In this document: piece after piece, positions 18,599 to 28,545 of the stretch
Layout: every line of letters starts with the position of its first letter
Position numbering within the stretch: the stretch's first letter is position 1
The notes under the pieces: model-generated
Databases searched by the model: none
Told to the model about the DNA's origin: nothing
Seen by the model: only the letters and a program-made list of their open reading frames with translations
Translations under genes and position numbers: made by a program
Source: Alphaproteobacteria bacterium
Lineage (GTDB): Bacteria > Pseudomonadota > Alphaproteobacteria > Micavibrionales > UBA2020
Assembly (NCBI GenBank): GCA_027483355.1
Contig: JAIXUW010000292.1
Location: 222,226-286,225 of the forward strand
Reading direction: 5' to 3'
Length of the DNA stretch: 64,000 nt

Positions 18599-21500
18599 TC
18601 ACTCAACTCGGCGTTTTTTGGATTTGTCGTCTTCATCAGTGCTTGCATCAATTCTCTTCCGCTTGACAATGCGTTGTTCTGGAACAGCGCACATTTGATT
18701 CCAGAATTTAACGCGGTCGGGACCCACTTCGCTACTTTCGTCGAGACACAGCGCCAGTATTCGCAGACAACTATGTACGTCATTTTGAAGTTTTTGCACG
18801 ACCGCGAGCTTGTCGCCAGTGAAGTATTCGGTAAGCCGACTTGATAAAGGTATATCTCCTTTGAGAGGAGTTTCGACCGATTCTTCAACCAACCATTGCA
18901 ACATGTCGACATATTGCTTATTACGGTAGAGTTTGTCTACACAAGCCCTGCAAAATGATTTTACAGGCGCTTTGTCTGTCAATTTATCCAACAGCCTCAT
19001 GTAAACCGGGTTTTGTTGCGACAGCGCGTTGGTCGCCCATTCTCTGACTTGTAGGCATGTCATGTTCAAAACAACATTGAAAAGCGGTTTTGCTTTTGCC
19101 AGTAAGATGATCTTAAGTATAACGTCGTTTCTTGTCCTTCGTATAGTAAAACATTTGTCCATTCCGGAATTGATCCAAAGCCGATGCAACAAGTTATTCG
19201 AGTCATATTCAAATCCAGGCACTATTCGCATCGTTTTTGAGCCAATAGCAACCATGGGATAGGCATCCGCAAAGGCATCGCGCTCCAAATCGTCACTCTG
19301 CCATTGATTCACAGCGGAGCCTATATCCATTGCATATGAGGACAGAGGAAAATGCACAAGAAATCCAAACGCCGCGTCGCAGTATACTGACGGTAGACCC
19401 GATTTCAGCGTGGAATAATCCGAGCCGCGAACATAATTGATTTTCTGTCCTTTGTAGTCTCTTCCTTGTATCTTTGCATAATCAGACAACCCGACGCAAT
19501 ACACACCACAAAGGTATAAGTATTGTTGCAAGGTGTTGAAAAACACCTTTGCGGTCTGGCCGTGCGATGTCATCTCCCATCGATTTTGAAAATAGTCAAT
19601 CTCGGCCGTGATAAGATAACATCGGCGATCGTTTGGGTTGATCAGATTTTTCACCCATCCTTCTTCACTAGACATCTCGTCTTCGTAGTCCGGATAAAAT
19701 TTGTTCCATTCTGAAGAATAAAGTTCAAGTACGCGACAGAAAAAGCCGTTGATGCTACTAAACGAAAGATCAGGGTTTTGGTCTCTATCTTGGGTCCATT
19801 TTCCAAAGTTCAAATTCATCGGGCTAATAAAGGTCTCGACGTAGTTACTTGTTTTGTCTCCCCGAAGCTCTAACAGTAGCAACTGATCACCTGAAGTCTT
19901 GACCCATTGAATCTTTGAAGAATAGCTGCCCAATTCATGCGTGTCGAACAGTGGTATCCCTATAGCGCGTTCAGTTTGATTGAAAAAACGACTCGGCCCT
20001 TGAATGGTTTCCTTGTCCGAATTTTTCAAATCGTTTACGTATTCTCGAGTGTTCACAGGCCCGGCTATGGGGAAGGGCGTTCGGTCAAAAAAGACTCCAT
20101 ACACGCACTGCATAAACGCAGTGGCTTTGAACTCGTCAAATTTGCCGCCGGCGGAGCTCATATCAAGCCTGTAAATTTTTGCGCATATCGAAACGACGGC
20201 GTATCCCATGGCCGCATCGAGAATAATTCGTCCAGTCTCATAACGCGATCGGATCTGCGTTTCGCGTATTTTTGCGTTTCTATAAGTTCTTGAAAAAAAC
20301 GGGTAGGCGCGACGAGCATAGTCGGCAAACTGTGCATTTTCGTCAACGGTAAATTTACGTTCTTCCGGTAGGTTAAACTGTGGGAGTAGTGGAATGTTTG
20401 CCTCGAACATCTGGGGCAAGTCCAGAAACCCGTTGTTGCACGGCTTTCTGTCGTATGTCAGAGCACCCGTCTTAAACAACCGCAGCTGCTTATCGTCCAA
20501 ATGGTAGACTGGAATAAACGTTTTGGCACATTCTACAATTCCGACTTCGTCGGCAAGTTTTGCAAGTACAGGAAGCACGGCATACACGCATATGTTGTTT
20601 GGCCGTACCACAACTGTTTGAAATTCAGACAAACTTTCGATGAGTTCTTCTACCGTATGGCATTTTCTTTCCACTCGGGCGCCGACGGGCACGTAGCTGT
20701 TGCCGGAAAACTGCAACCAGTTAACCAGCACTACCGTTTTTCCATTTTGGTCTTTCTGATAATGGACGCTGAGTATACAAACGACTTTTGGTTCGCGCGC
20801 AACATAAGGCGAAATAATGCTAGCTGTGGGGATGGATCGCCGGCTTTCAAAGGCCAGTTCAAAGCCGAGGAATTGCTGGTTCTTTTCGGGGGCCGCGTGG
20901 TTATAATCCACAAACTTTCCCAGATTGAACAATCGAGTAAACGGTGCATTTCCATTAGCAGAGGCGATTGTCCATTCCAACAAATTTTCGAATGATGGAA
21001 CGCATCCCTGGACCGCCATTTGACGCCACTCAGGCGTGTTAAACGCGTTTGTATCGTCAATCAACATGCTTTGAAAGAGTTTTTGCCCCTTCTCGGACAT
21101 CATATATTCTCCAATGGTCCACGTTCGCGCGTAATCGGGTGAAAACCGCGTAAGCGGCGCCGATCGATCTGAAGGAGCTACGCGTGACATCAAGATCCAA
21201 TGATATTTTCGCAATTCCACGTACTCGTTGTTCTTCAAGTCATCTTTTTGCTTCAAGTCCAAGTATCGAACTGAAAAATCGTTCGATATACAATGCAGTC
21301 TCAAGAGCGTATTGTCCGTGTAAGTCGAAGTTCGAACATAATGCTTGTTGATGAGTTGCAAAGGGATCGCCTTAGAGTGACCAATTCGAACGTTGTCGTC
21401 CAAAACATCGATTTCGCCAAACTCATTTTTTTCCCACGGTCGTTTATCAAAAATTCCATTTGTGGGTTCGAATACAGCAGTGGCTTGTCGTGGCATACCA

Positions 21501-22054
21501 AAGCCTTCATGTGGTCTTGTGACCGAATTATACTTATTTTTTTGCGCAAATTCCGTCAAGATGCGCGTTGCGATCTGACAGATTTTTTGAACTGGAGTGG
21601 TAGCCGCGCCAAGTTGTTCCCCGGGTGCCGTCCACAACGTCTCCAGTCCCAATCGAATTACCTTTTTGCGATCAGGATAGTCTATCATGACAGAGTCAAA
21701 GTTTTTGTATCCGAGACCGTTGTTGTTCGTGTCGTCAGTTGGCAACGGGAATACAAATATAAAGGGACTCTTGTATGCCAAAAGTTTGGGCTCTAAACTG
21801 TCGATAACACGTGCTCGAATCTCTTTGGAGCGTTCAAATTCGTCTACGGGAGCGACAGCTGTCTGCTCCAAAAGCACAATGCGCGCAAAAGATTTTGCTT
21901 CCGGGATCGTGTCGCCGGGCACAAAATGATATTTACTAGTCGGATCGTGACACTTTTCCAGCTCGTCTGATAACATTTCTACGAAGCTGTCGAGAACGCG
22001 CGTCCTGACACTCTCGATGGGATGCAAATAGTCTGCGCAGATCGAAAACGACAT
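18599..22054 (-). CDS. large orphan protein, tandem paralog 1 (1151 aa), C-terminal NLS-like KRKR...KKRR
   Basis: ORF 18599..22108 starts on TTG; first ATG at 22054 (MSFSICADYLHP...). Collinear similarity to the upstream 1311-aa protein: FIFVFPLP/FIFPFPLG, IRLGLETLW/MRIGQETLW, ARTWTIGE/TRTWAVGE, VPSFENLLEW/APSFEMLFTW. No known domain recognised. Confidence 0.75.
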   Translation of the reverse strand: MSFSICADYLHPIESVRTRVLDSFVEMLSDELEKCHDPTSKYHFVPGDTIPEAKSFARIVLLEQTAVAPVDEFERSKEIRARVIDSLEPKLLAYKSPFIFVFPLPTDDTNNNGLGYKNFDSVMIDYPDRKKVIRLGLETLWTAPGEQLGAATTPVQKICQIATRILTEFAQKNKYNSVTRPHEGFGMPRQATAVFEPTNGIFDKRPWEKNEFGEIDVLDDNVRIGHSKAIPLQLINKHYVRTSTYTDNTLLRLHCISNDFSVRYLDLKQKDDLKNNEYVELRKYHWILMSRVAPSDRSAPLTRFSPDYARTWTIGEYMMSEKGQKLFQSMLIDDTNAFNTPEWRQMAVQGCVPSFENLLEWTIASANGNAPFTRLFNLGKFVDYNHAAPEKNQQFLGFELAFESRRSIPTASIISPYVAREPKVVCILSVHYQKDQNGKTVVLVNWLQFSGNSYVPVGARVERKCHTVEELIESLSEFQTVVVRPNNICVYAVLPVLAKLADEVGIVECAKTFIPVYHLDDKQLRLFKTGALTYDRKPCNNGFLDLPQMFEANIPLLPQFNLPEERKFTVDENAQFADYARRAYPFFSRTYRNAKIRETQIRSRYETGRIILDAAMGYAVVSICAKIYRLDMSSAGGKFDEFKATAFMQCVYGVFFDRTPFPIAGPVNTREYVNDLKNSDKETIQGPSRFFNQTERAIGIPLFDTHELGSYSSKIQWVKTSGDQLLLLELRGDKTSNYVETFISPMNLNFGKWTQDRDQNPDLSFSSINGFFCRVLELYSSEWNKFYPDYEDEMSSEEGWVKNLINPNDRRCYLITAEIDYFQNRWEMTSHGQTAKVFFNTLQQYLYLCGVYCVGLSDYAKIQGRDYKGQKINYVRGSDYSTLKSGLPSVYCDAAFGFLVHFPLSSYAMDIGSAVNQWQSDDLERDAFADAYPMVAIGSKTMRIVPGFEYDSNNLLHRLWINSGMDKCFTIRRTRNDVILKIILLAKAKPLFNVVLNMTCLQVREWATNALSQQNPVYMRLLDKLTDKAPVKSFCRACVDKLYRNKQYVDMLQWLVEESVETPLKGDIPLSSRLTEYFTGDKLAVVQKLQNDVHSCLRILALCLDESSEVGPDRVKFWNQMCAVPEQRIVKRKRIDASTDEDDKSKKRRVE

Positions 22055-22104
22055 TTTAGAGCGTTTGAGAAAACCTTTATATACATGAAGAAAACATATT
22101 TTTT

Positions 22105-25100
22105 TCAAAGCGGGCGGGTCTGGCGCAAAGGTTTTATTTGCGAAGATGAAGAAGAAGTCTTATTCTTGTTCTGTAGCATTTGTGCGTAAGATGTGAAGAG
22201 AGGGTTTTGGCTTGCTACCTGCTGTACACTGATGTTTGCAATGTTTGGACGTCTTGGCGCCGGGCGCGAGGAAACGTTTGTGTCGGACTGCCTGCTGACG
22301 CGATTTTGCACCGCGCTCCTCTCACTGGCCCTCGTGTACGGCACACGGTTTGGAATAGCAGCGTCAACATCCATTGCGTCGTCGGTATCGACACGGTTTG
22401 GAATAACAGCGTCGACGTCCATTGCGTCGTTGGTGCCAGTCTCCGCGAGGCGAGGGGAACTCGACGACAGGGCACGAAGAGAAGGACGATTGGTAATTGG
22501 TGGCTTTGGTAAGACCGCATTACTATCGTCTGAAGTGTTTCGTCTTGGCCTCTTTGCTTCCGGTGTCGCGTTTTCCTCGACGTTTTTCAGCAAAAGTATT
22601 CTTTCTTTTCTGGCCGGCGCAAGCTGTGGTAAAAATTTGGCCTTGCGGCTCCATTTCCTCGACGATCTAGTGTGTGTCTGGTTTTGCGCGGCCCATATGC
22701 TCAATTGCACACCACGTAGTTTAAACCAGGTTTGCGTCAATGCGTCCGACAGTTCAGATGAAAACCCCGATTCCGGGTCGGGTCTCTCTAAAAACGCCAT
22801 CCGAATAAACTCCTGTTCAAAATCAGTTATCCCACCAAGCGAGAATGCTGTTCTATCTTTCTTGGTCAAGAGATGCGAAAGCACCCATTCGACGCTTTCG
22901 TAGACTTCGCTGTCTTCATAGAGAGTTTCCAATGCGTATCGAAACGCATTAGTGTTGTTTTGATCGTCGGGGATGTCATACAACACGTCGATTAATTCGT
23001 TTGCATTCGACCCCTTTGGATATCTATAATCTGAATTCTTGTTAGATCGAAGAACCTCTTCGGAATTCCTGACGTATTCTTTCAGCTCTCCAATCGATAC
23101 GTTGAAACAAGCATTGATTGCCTTTCTAAAATTCAACATGAGTCGCATCCATACTTGAAATCTCGCGTTGACAACGTCCAAACTGAAAATGGCATTTTCA
23201 ATCGAAGAAACGCGGTCTTTGTTGTTGTCGTTGCCGGATTGTTTGATTTTTTCATCGCGATACCACTGTAGAACAGCCGGAAAGGTATCTTTTAGCTGCC
23301 CAGGTTCAAACGTCGTGTTCGCAATTTGCGACATTTCCTGGCCAGGACGAGGCCCGAATAGAGCCAAAAACCCAAACTTTGGCATGCTGTACAACGACGG
23401 CACAATTTCTTTAAACATTGCGTATGTGGCGCCATCAATGTAAAAGTGCCGGAAATATTTGTCTGTCCCGGAAATTCCCGAAGCGTCTTCAAGCATGAAG
23501 ACAAAGGCTCTGCTCACGTAACTTAATTGAGTGAGCAGTATGACCAAATATTCGGCTCTTAATCCGACGGCGTTCAATTCCCAACGACCCTGGAGTAATT
23601 GTAGTTCCGATGTCATCAAGGCGACATCTGTAGGTTTCATTGGATCATTGTTTTCCAAAACTGTTGTTCTGTTTCGTGTCAAGACAAACTCAAATCCGTT
23701 GACAAAAGGGTACACGAGGTCGGGGTCTTGATTGTAATTCTCGCTGGGTTCATCTTCGTCAGAAGACGTAGATATCGATCGCAGTAGACTTTTGCCATAA
23801 TTTGCGCAAGCAAGACGAACGGAAACTTTTGCATTAAACTTGGATCGCACTTCCCTCAATTTCACCAGCGCTAATTTTTTTCCAGCAAATGCCATCCAAG
23901 CAAATTTCTTTGTCTCATACTTTGCTTTCATTCGTTTGACATCGAAGTGATTGTCAAATCGATACTGCGCCTTGATTCCTAAACTAAGCTCGCGCTCGTA
24001 GACATATCTGGCCACAGAGTCCACCGCCACATTCGGATCCCAGTTAGAAAATGGTGTTTTGTCTTCTTGTCCGCCGCTGGCAAACTTTACTCCATTACCT
24101 CCCCTGTCTACGCCCATAGAGGGACCAAACATGGATGCCAGGACGGCGTATCTTCGACGCTCAATGTCACCCAGGTCTCTGCCGACCGTTTCAAATAGGT
24201 AGAAGGCACTACGTCTGGGATCTGTTCGAAACCCGGGAAGTTTGTCGTATACAAGACTCTTTGTAGGATCTTTTTTCGTGCGCTCAAGCAACGCTTTCCC
24301 AATGTAGGCTTGATAGTTTTCAAAGTCCGCCAGCGTGCCATTCTCGGCTTCTTCTTTTGACAATGTCTCGCGCTTGGAGAAAAGAGATTTTCCGAGGGCG
24401 TGAAGTGAGGCAACGTTCATAAATGCCTGGTCCTGGTACTCTGTCTGTGTTTCAAAGCTTTTACGCTGCATTGTAGACAGATGCGATACCGGGACGAAAA
24501 CTTTATAGATGGCTTGCTGCAATCCTACTCTGGCGTCCAATAACAATTGCACTCCCGAGACGCACATGTCAGCATCTTTCCACGCCTCGTCCTCAGTAAC
24601 AATCCATTCTAAAAACGATTCCATATTAGGCCAATCGTGTGGCACACGAGGTTTTCCCAGCTCGTCCACGTAACATTGTAAAGAAATCGCGTCTCTGGGC
24701 TTGGAATAGGTAACCACAATCGCTTTTCTCACATGGCTACGGCACTCCGTGTAATACTTGTCATCGACGCCTTCTGACTCAATAAGCTCTTGCGCGAGCG
24801 TAATGTCCGATCTACGTTGCAGATAAATGACAAACCCTGCTAACGAACGCGAATTGCGTATTTCAGCAAATCTTTGCGCTATAGGATCCTTCAAATCCAC
24901 ATGTATAGGAATCCCGCTAGCGCTGCACATGAGCCAAGTGAATAGCATTTCAAACGATGGTGCCACCCCTTGAGATGCTTGAATTCGATACTCTTCTGAA
25001 TTCAAACAAGATGGTCGGGTGCCCGCCAGCATGCGCTGAAATTCCGAGCGTATATTTGCATTTTCCAAAAGACCTTCACCCACTGCCCACGTACGAGTAA

Positions 25101-26040
25101 AGTCGATGCAATTCATCTTTCTGTACTCGTAAGATATTCGCTTCCTTGGCATGTTTTTCTTTTTTGGCTTGAACAACGTCTGGCGATTCATTAGAACCCA
25201 TGAAAGTTCCGCGCGTTCGTAGTAGGCTTCGTTGTCAAACTCTTCACGCGTGTCATTGTGATACTCCAACGTCGTCGTCCTAAAGTCCGATCCGATGAGA
25301 TAAAACACGACTCCGCTTCGGCCTCTGGATTCTTTGACAATTGATTGCGCGATTTCATGTCGTCTGACTAGATCCATCGGAACTGTACGCTCTTGTTCTA
25401 TTCGTTTCTCATCCCATCGAACGTTTACTTGATCATTTCGCAGCCTTTCAGCGTAACGTTTTCTGAGCGGCTTTTCTGTATAAGAACCGGACACGGCCTG
25501 AAAGGTCTTGTCGCCTAGAGGTCGAGTCAAGCCCGGGTTTTGTTCAACATACGGAGTTAACATTGTATGCAGCACCCTTGCCACTTGCTCAGCGGGAGTG
25601 GTGTCTTTCCAACTCGCCTCGGAACCAGATCGCCACAGCGTCTCCTGCCCGATTCTCATCACTCTGTCCTCGTCTTCGAAATTCACGATGATAGCTGGCA
25701 AGTTTTGGTACGAGTCGACGCGTTCTCCGAGAGGAAAAGGGAATATGAACACGTATTTCCCTTTATGCCGCTGAACCTGATTCTTGTGCAGATTTACAAA
25801 TAGAGCGCTTAGCTCGACTTCGTCTTGAGGCATTTTGGCAGGATAGAACAAGTCTAGGTCTACGAGAACGACCGTGGCTGCAGGAGCGTCCGAGCGGATG
25901 ACAAATTCGAACATCCGAGGCTCGTCGGGGTCCAGAATATTGACCAGTTGTTCATTTGCGTATTTAGTGAACAGTTTTAACGTAGGAGGTCTGCGAGCAG
26001 GGTCCACGCAGACATAGTCGACGACAACGTCGGCGTACAT
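22105..26040 (-). CDS. large orphan protein, tandem paralog 2 (1311 aa) with repeat/Ser-rich C-terminal extension
   Basis: ORF 22105..26058 starts on TTG; first ATG at 26040 (MYADVVVDYVCVD...). Paralogous to 18599..22054. The C-terminal ~200 aa are low-complexity and include the duplicated DAMDVDA(V/A)IPNRV. Confidence 0.75.
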   Translation of the reverse strand: MYADVVVDYVCVDPARRPPTLKLFTKYANEQLVNILDPDEPRMFEFVIRSDAPAATVVLVDLDLFYPAKMPQDEVELSALFVNLHKNQVQRHKGKYVFIFPFPLGERVDSYQNLPAIIVNFEDEDRVMRIGQETLWRSGSEASWKDTTPAEQVARVLHTMLTPYVEQNPGLTRPLGDKTFQAVSGSYTEKPLRKRYAERLRNDQVNVRWDEKRIEQERTVPMDLVRRHEIAQSIVKESRGRSGVVFYLIGSDFRTTTLEYHNDTREEFDNEAYYERAELSWVLMNRQTLFKPKKKNMPRKRISYEYRKMNCIDFTRTWAVGEGLLENANIRSEFQRMLAGTRPSCLNSEEYRIQASQGVAPSFEMLFTWLMCSASGIPIHVDLKDPIAQRFAEIRNSRSLAGFVIYLQRRSDITLAQELIESEGVDDKYYTECRSHVRKAIVVTYSKPRDAISLQCYVDELGKPRVPHDWPNMESFLEWIVTEDEAWKDADMCVSGVQLLLDARVGLQQAIYKVFVPVSHLSTMQRKSFETQTEYQDQAFMNVASLHALGKSLFSKRETLSKEEAENGTLADFENYQAYIGKALLERTKKDPTKSLVYDKLPGFRTDPRRSAFYLFETVGRDLGDIERRRYAVLASMFGPSMGVDRGGNGVKFASGGQEDKTPFSNWDPNVAVDSVARYVYERELSLGIKAQYRFDNHFDVKRMKAKYETKKFAWMAFAGKKLALVKLREVRSKFNAKVSVRLACANYGKSLLRSISTSSDEDEPSENYNQDPDLVYPFVNGFEFVLTRNRTTVLENNDPMKPTDVALMTSELQLLQGRWELNAVGLRAEYLVILLTQLSYVSRAFVFMLEDASGISGTDKYFRHFYIDGATYAMFKEIVPSLYSMPKFGFLALFGPRPGQEMSQIANTTFEPGQLKDTFPAVLQWYRDEKIKQSGNDNNKDRVSSIENAIFSLDVVNARFQVWMRLMLNFRKAINACFNVSIGELKEYVRNSEEVLRSNKNSDYRYPKGSNANELIDVLYDIPDDQNNTNAFRYALETLYEDSEVYESVEWVLSHLLTKKDRTAFSLGGITDFEQEFIRMAFLERPDPESGFSSELSDALTQTWFKLRGVQLSIWAAQNQTHTRSSRKWSRKAKFLPQLAPARKERILLLKNVEENATPEAKRPRRNTSDDSNAVLPKPPITNRPSLRALSSSSPRLAETGTNDAMDVDAVIPNRVDTDDAMDVDAAIPNRVPYTRASERSAVQNRVSRQSDTNVSSRPAPRRPNIANISVQQVASQNPLFTSYAQMLQNKNKTSSSSSQIKPLRQTRPL
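22343..22438 (-). repeat. 2 x 48-bp tandem repeat inside CDS
   Basis: acacggtttggaatagcagcgtcaacatccattgcgtcgtcggtatcg is followed by acacggtttggaataacagcgtcgacgtccattgcgtcgttggtgcc. It encodes the duplicated ...DAMDVDA(V/A)IPNRV motif. Confidence 0.8.
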
Positions 26041-26138
26041 TTCTGGGTATTTTTTCAAACCAAAAAGCCCTTAGTTGTCTCTACGCTAGTGCTTTTCCTT
26101 TCTGAGCCGCGAGAATGCACATTTTTATTATTTACAAG

Positions 26139-27776
26139 TCACGACCGCGCGTATTTTGCCCATTTCTCGATAGGCGTTCTTAGATGAGTGTCAAACAGTT
26201 TTTCATCCAATCTAACCTCGCTTTGCGTGTCGTTTTCGTGCGCCAGATCAGCGCAGCATCGCTTTTGCGCTTGAACTGCAATCTTGTGCAAGTCTTCGAT
26301 ATCCGTAGTCATGCTATGATCCTTTGTGTATGGACATGTGGGAATAAACTGATCTACCACGGTCTCATCCAAAGATTGTTTGATCAGAAAAGAACACGAA
26401 GGCATGGTAGACCTTTCCGGTTTTCTATAGTGCTTGAAATGCGCATCGAATTCAACCCATCTCTGATTAGGCAACGCATTGTACTCGGAGACATTCAAAA
26501 CTCCATTTTGCGCCAAATACGCCATGCCGGGCTCTAAGGCGGGCGCGATTCTGTCCGGCAATGCTCGAGCCAAGAAATGAGCCAAAAATTGACGTCTCGG
26601 ATGCTTGAAATCCTTAAAATCCTGCAAATACTGCGTGACGCATTTCGGGTAGACTGGAGGACGAGCGCCCAGCGATGCCAATTTGGCGCGAACGGCCAGC
26701 TGTCTCTCCTTAGCAGCATTCAGATTGTCGGAAGAATATGCCAGCAACTGGGGCGCGTTTGGGGCAAGTGCTCCCAGCCCAAGAAAGGTGCGCCAGCCTG
26801 CGTTCAGAACGTCAAGGCTTACCAAAGTCGCCGTGACTCTCGGACTCGTACCCTTTAACGTGTATACAGGGTCTAAAATAGTATGATGAAATCGGGGCAC
26901 GTTAATGAACGCTCGAGGATGCTGTTGAACGAGCGCCATTCCGCCTGGCATTTTACCGCTCCAAAACAATCGCAGAATCTTCCACGTGTTCAAGGCTACG
27001 AGTCCCGTGTTGAAAGACAGACTGAACGTTCGTTCTGTGTCCGTTTGAAGTTCTGGCTCGCTTACAATTTTTAACCGCGACTCTTGGCTGCTTGAAAGAC
27101 GCATAAAACTGCCTTCCTTGTCCATACTTCCAAAGAATCGGTGGCTGTCATTCGAGTAACTGGATTTCGACTGCGATTTTGCTGTTTCCTCCACCACTTT
27201 GCTAAATTCTTGTTGTTTTTGAGCTCCGAGCATAGATTTCCACGTTTCTATAATAGTAGACGATGTTTTGGACGAAGGCAAGCTGGCTCGGCGCAGCAAA
27301 TGCTCTTGGAGACTTTGAAGCGGCCCGCGTTCCGTTATCTCGTCGTAAACGCAAGAAACGAATAGGGGCAAGAATTCGAACAAGACTCGACTTATAAATC
27401 TCATGATATTATACATTTGAGTTGACGCCTTGAGGGCAAAAGCCAAATCAATGTCCATTTTCGGCGCCAGCGCCCTTCCATGATCCGGCAGAGAGAATTC
27501 TAACAAAGGCAACTCATTTGTGGAATCACGCGTGATCAAATTCCAAAGATCCGTGCCTTCGTAGCGCCGCGGACATGTTTTGACTTCGGCCAGAAGGTAC
27601 GCCGCGAAATCGTAAATGAAAGAGGCGTTGTTAATGTCGTGTAGAGGAACAGCGCATATGATAAACCACGTAACGCGGTCCAGATTCCACGCTCCCTCTT
27701 TCAGAACGCCCGCGAGGCCGGAATAGAAACTTTCAAACTCTGTTACTAAGCAGTTGTAGAAATACACTGCCGACAT
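26139..27776 (-). CDS. hypothetical protein (545 aa)
   Basis: Long ATG-initiated ORF (MSAVYFYNCLVTEFESFY...), co-oriented with the two giant paralogs. No motif recognised. Confidence 0.7.
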   Translation of the reverse strand: MSAVYFYNCLVTEFESFYSGLAGVLKEGAWNLDRVTWFIICAVPLHDINNASFIYDFAAYLLAEVKTCPRRYEGTDLWNLITRDSTNELPLLEFSLPDHGRALAPKMDIDLAFALKASTQMYNIMRFISRVLFEFLPLFVSCVYDEITERGPLQSLQEHLLRRASLPSSKTSSTIIETWKSMLGAQKQQEFSKVVEETAKSQSKSSYSNDSHRFFGSMDKEGSFMRLSSSQESRLKIVSEPELQTDTERTFSLSFNTGLVALNTWKILRLFWSGKMPGGMALVQQHPRAFINVPRFHHTILDPVYTLKGTSPRVTATLVSLDVLNAGWRTFLGLGALAPNAPQLLAYSSDNLNAAKERQLAVRAKLASLGARPPVYPKCVTQYLQDFKDFKHPRRQFLAHFLARALPDRIAPALEPGMAYLAQNGVLNVSEYNALPNQRWVEFDAHFKHYRKPERSTMPSCSFLIKQSLDETVVDQFIPTCPYTKDHSMTTDIEDLHKIAVQAQKRCCADLAHENDTQSEVRLDEKLFDTHLRTPIEKWAKYARS

Positions 27777-27840
27777 GGTTTGGTCTTTTCCCTACTTATG
27801 GCATTTATGAGACGCATTTTAGGCTGAGATTGAGACAAAA

Positions 27841-28431
27841 ATGTTTAATAAACCCCCTACCGGGCGGCGCTTGTGTGCGGTTCGAGCCGCCACGCTCTTC
27901 ATCGCATCTTCTCGAATTTTCTTTTCGGACAAATTCAAAATGAGTGAAATAGTCGATTTTGATGTCAAAACCATGGATTGGGATGAATTTTATCATCACA
28001 GTAGAGGTTTCAGGGTCATTTTTCCCTCGCTGAAGGTGTACTGCGGCTTCCAATACGCTTTCAGTTTGCGTCCGCCGGGCTTTGCCGAAGGCGAGGTGCG
28101 TTCTTTCTGACATAATATAATTATATACACATTGTTCCATTTATTCACAGTGCTTCTATCATTTTATCCGGACCGGTTACCATTGCAGCTTTTGCGCGAC
28201 GTTGTTATCGCGTGCCCTACCGAGAATCGTCTCTGCGTTGCTTTCAGAAATTGTACTAGCATACGAGTCAAAGTCGGAGATGAGCGGAGTTCGTTTAAGG
28301 ACGCGCCGAAGGAAGGTAGAGGACTCTACACTTTCGACGCTCCGAACGGACTTGTAAAATTCAACGTGGATGGCGCGCAGTTCTATCTCGAAGCCGGCAC
28401 GTACTACTACAAAAATAAGATTGCTTTGTAA
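27841..28431 (+). CDS. hypothetical protein, probably two exons (27841 or 27940..28095 + 28189..28431)
   Basis: ORF 27841..28110 has ATGs at 27841 and 27940. The downstream same-strand ORF 28132..28431 begins on TTG and contains no ATG at all, so it cannot be an independent ATG-initiated gene. An in-phase GTGCGT...CAG interval (28096..28188) joins the two frames. Confidence 0.4.
28096..28188 (+). other. candidate spliceosomal-type intron (93 nt, tentative)
   Basis: Donor GTGCGT (same hexamer as the intron at 43348) and acceptor CAG, phase 0 on both sides. It contains the in-frame TGA at 28108. The branch-like motif is weak (GTTAC). Confidence 0.35.
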
Positions 28432-28545
28432 ATGTCATAAATCTGACACGAATTTTGTATTTTTTCTTTCATAGGGTTTCAAACCACGCCGAACAAGTCA
28501 CTACGTACTTACGTGAAAGGCGAGACGTTTGAGCATCTATTTAAG

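Noticed and set aside
28428-28474. 47-nt interval with excellent intron signals (GTAAAT...tctgacac...tttcatAG) between 28132..28431 and the 28546 gene
   Set aside because: Splicing it would only replace the stop with a 19-codon extension ending in TGA. The phase does not connect to the 679-aa ORF, which has its own ATG at 28546. It may be coincidental or a 3'-UTR intron, and the sequence alone cannot support it.
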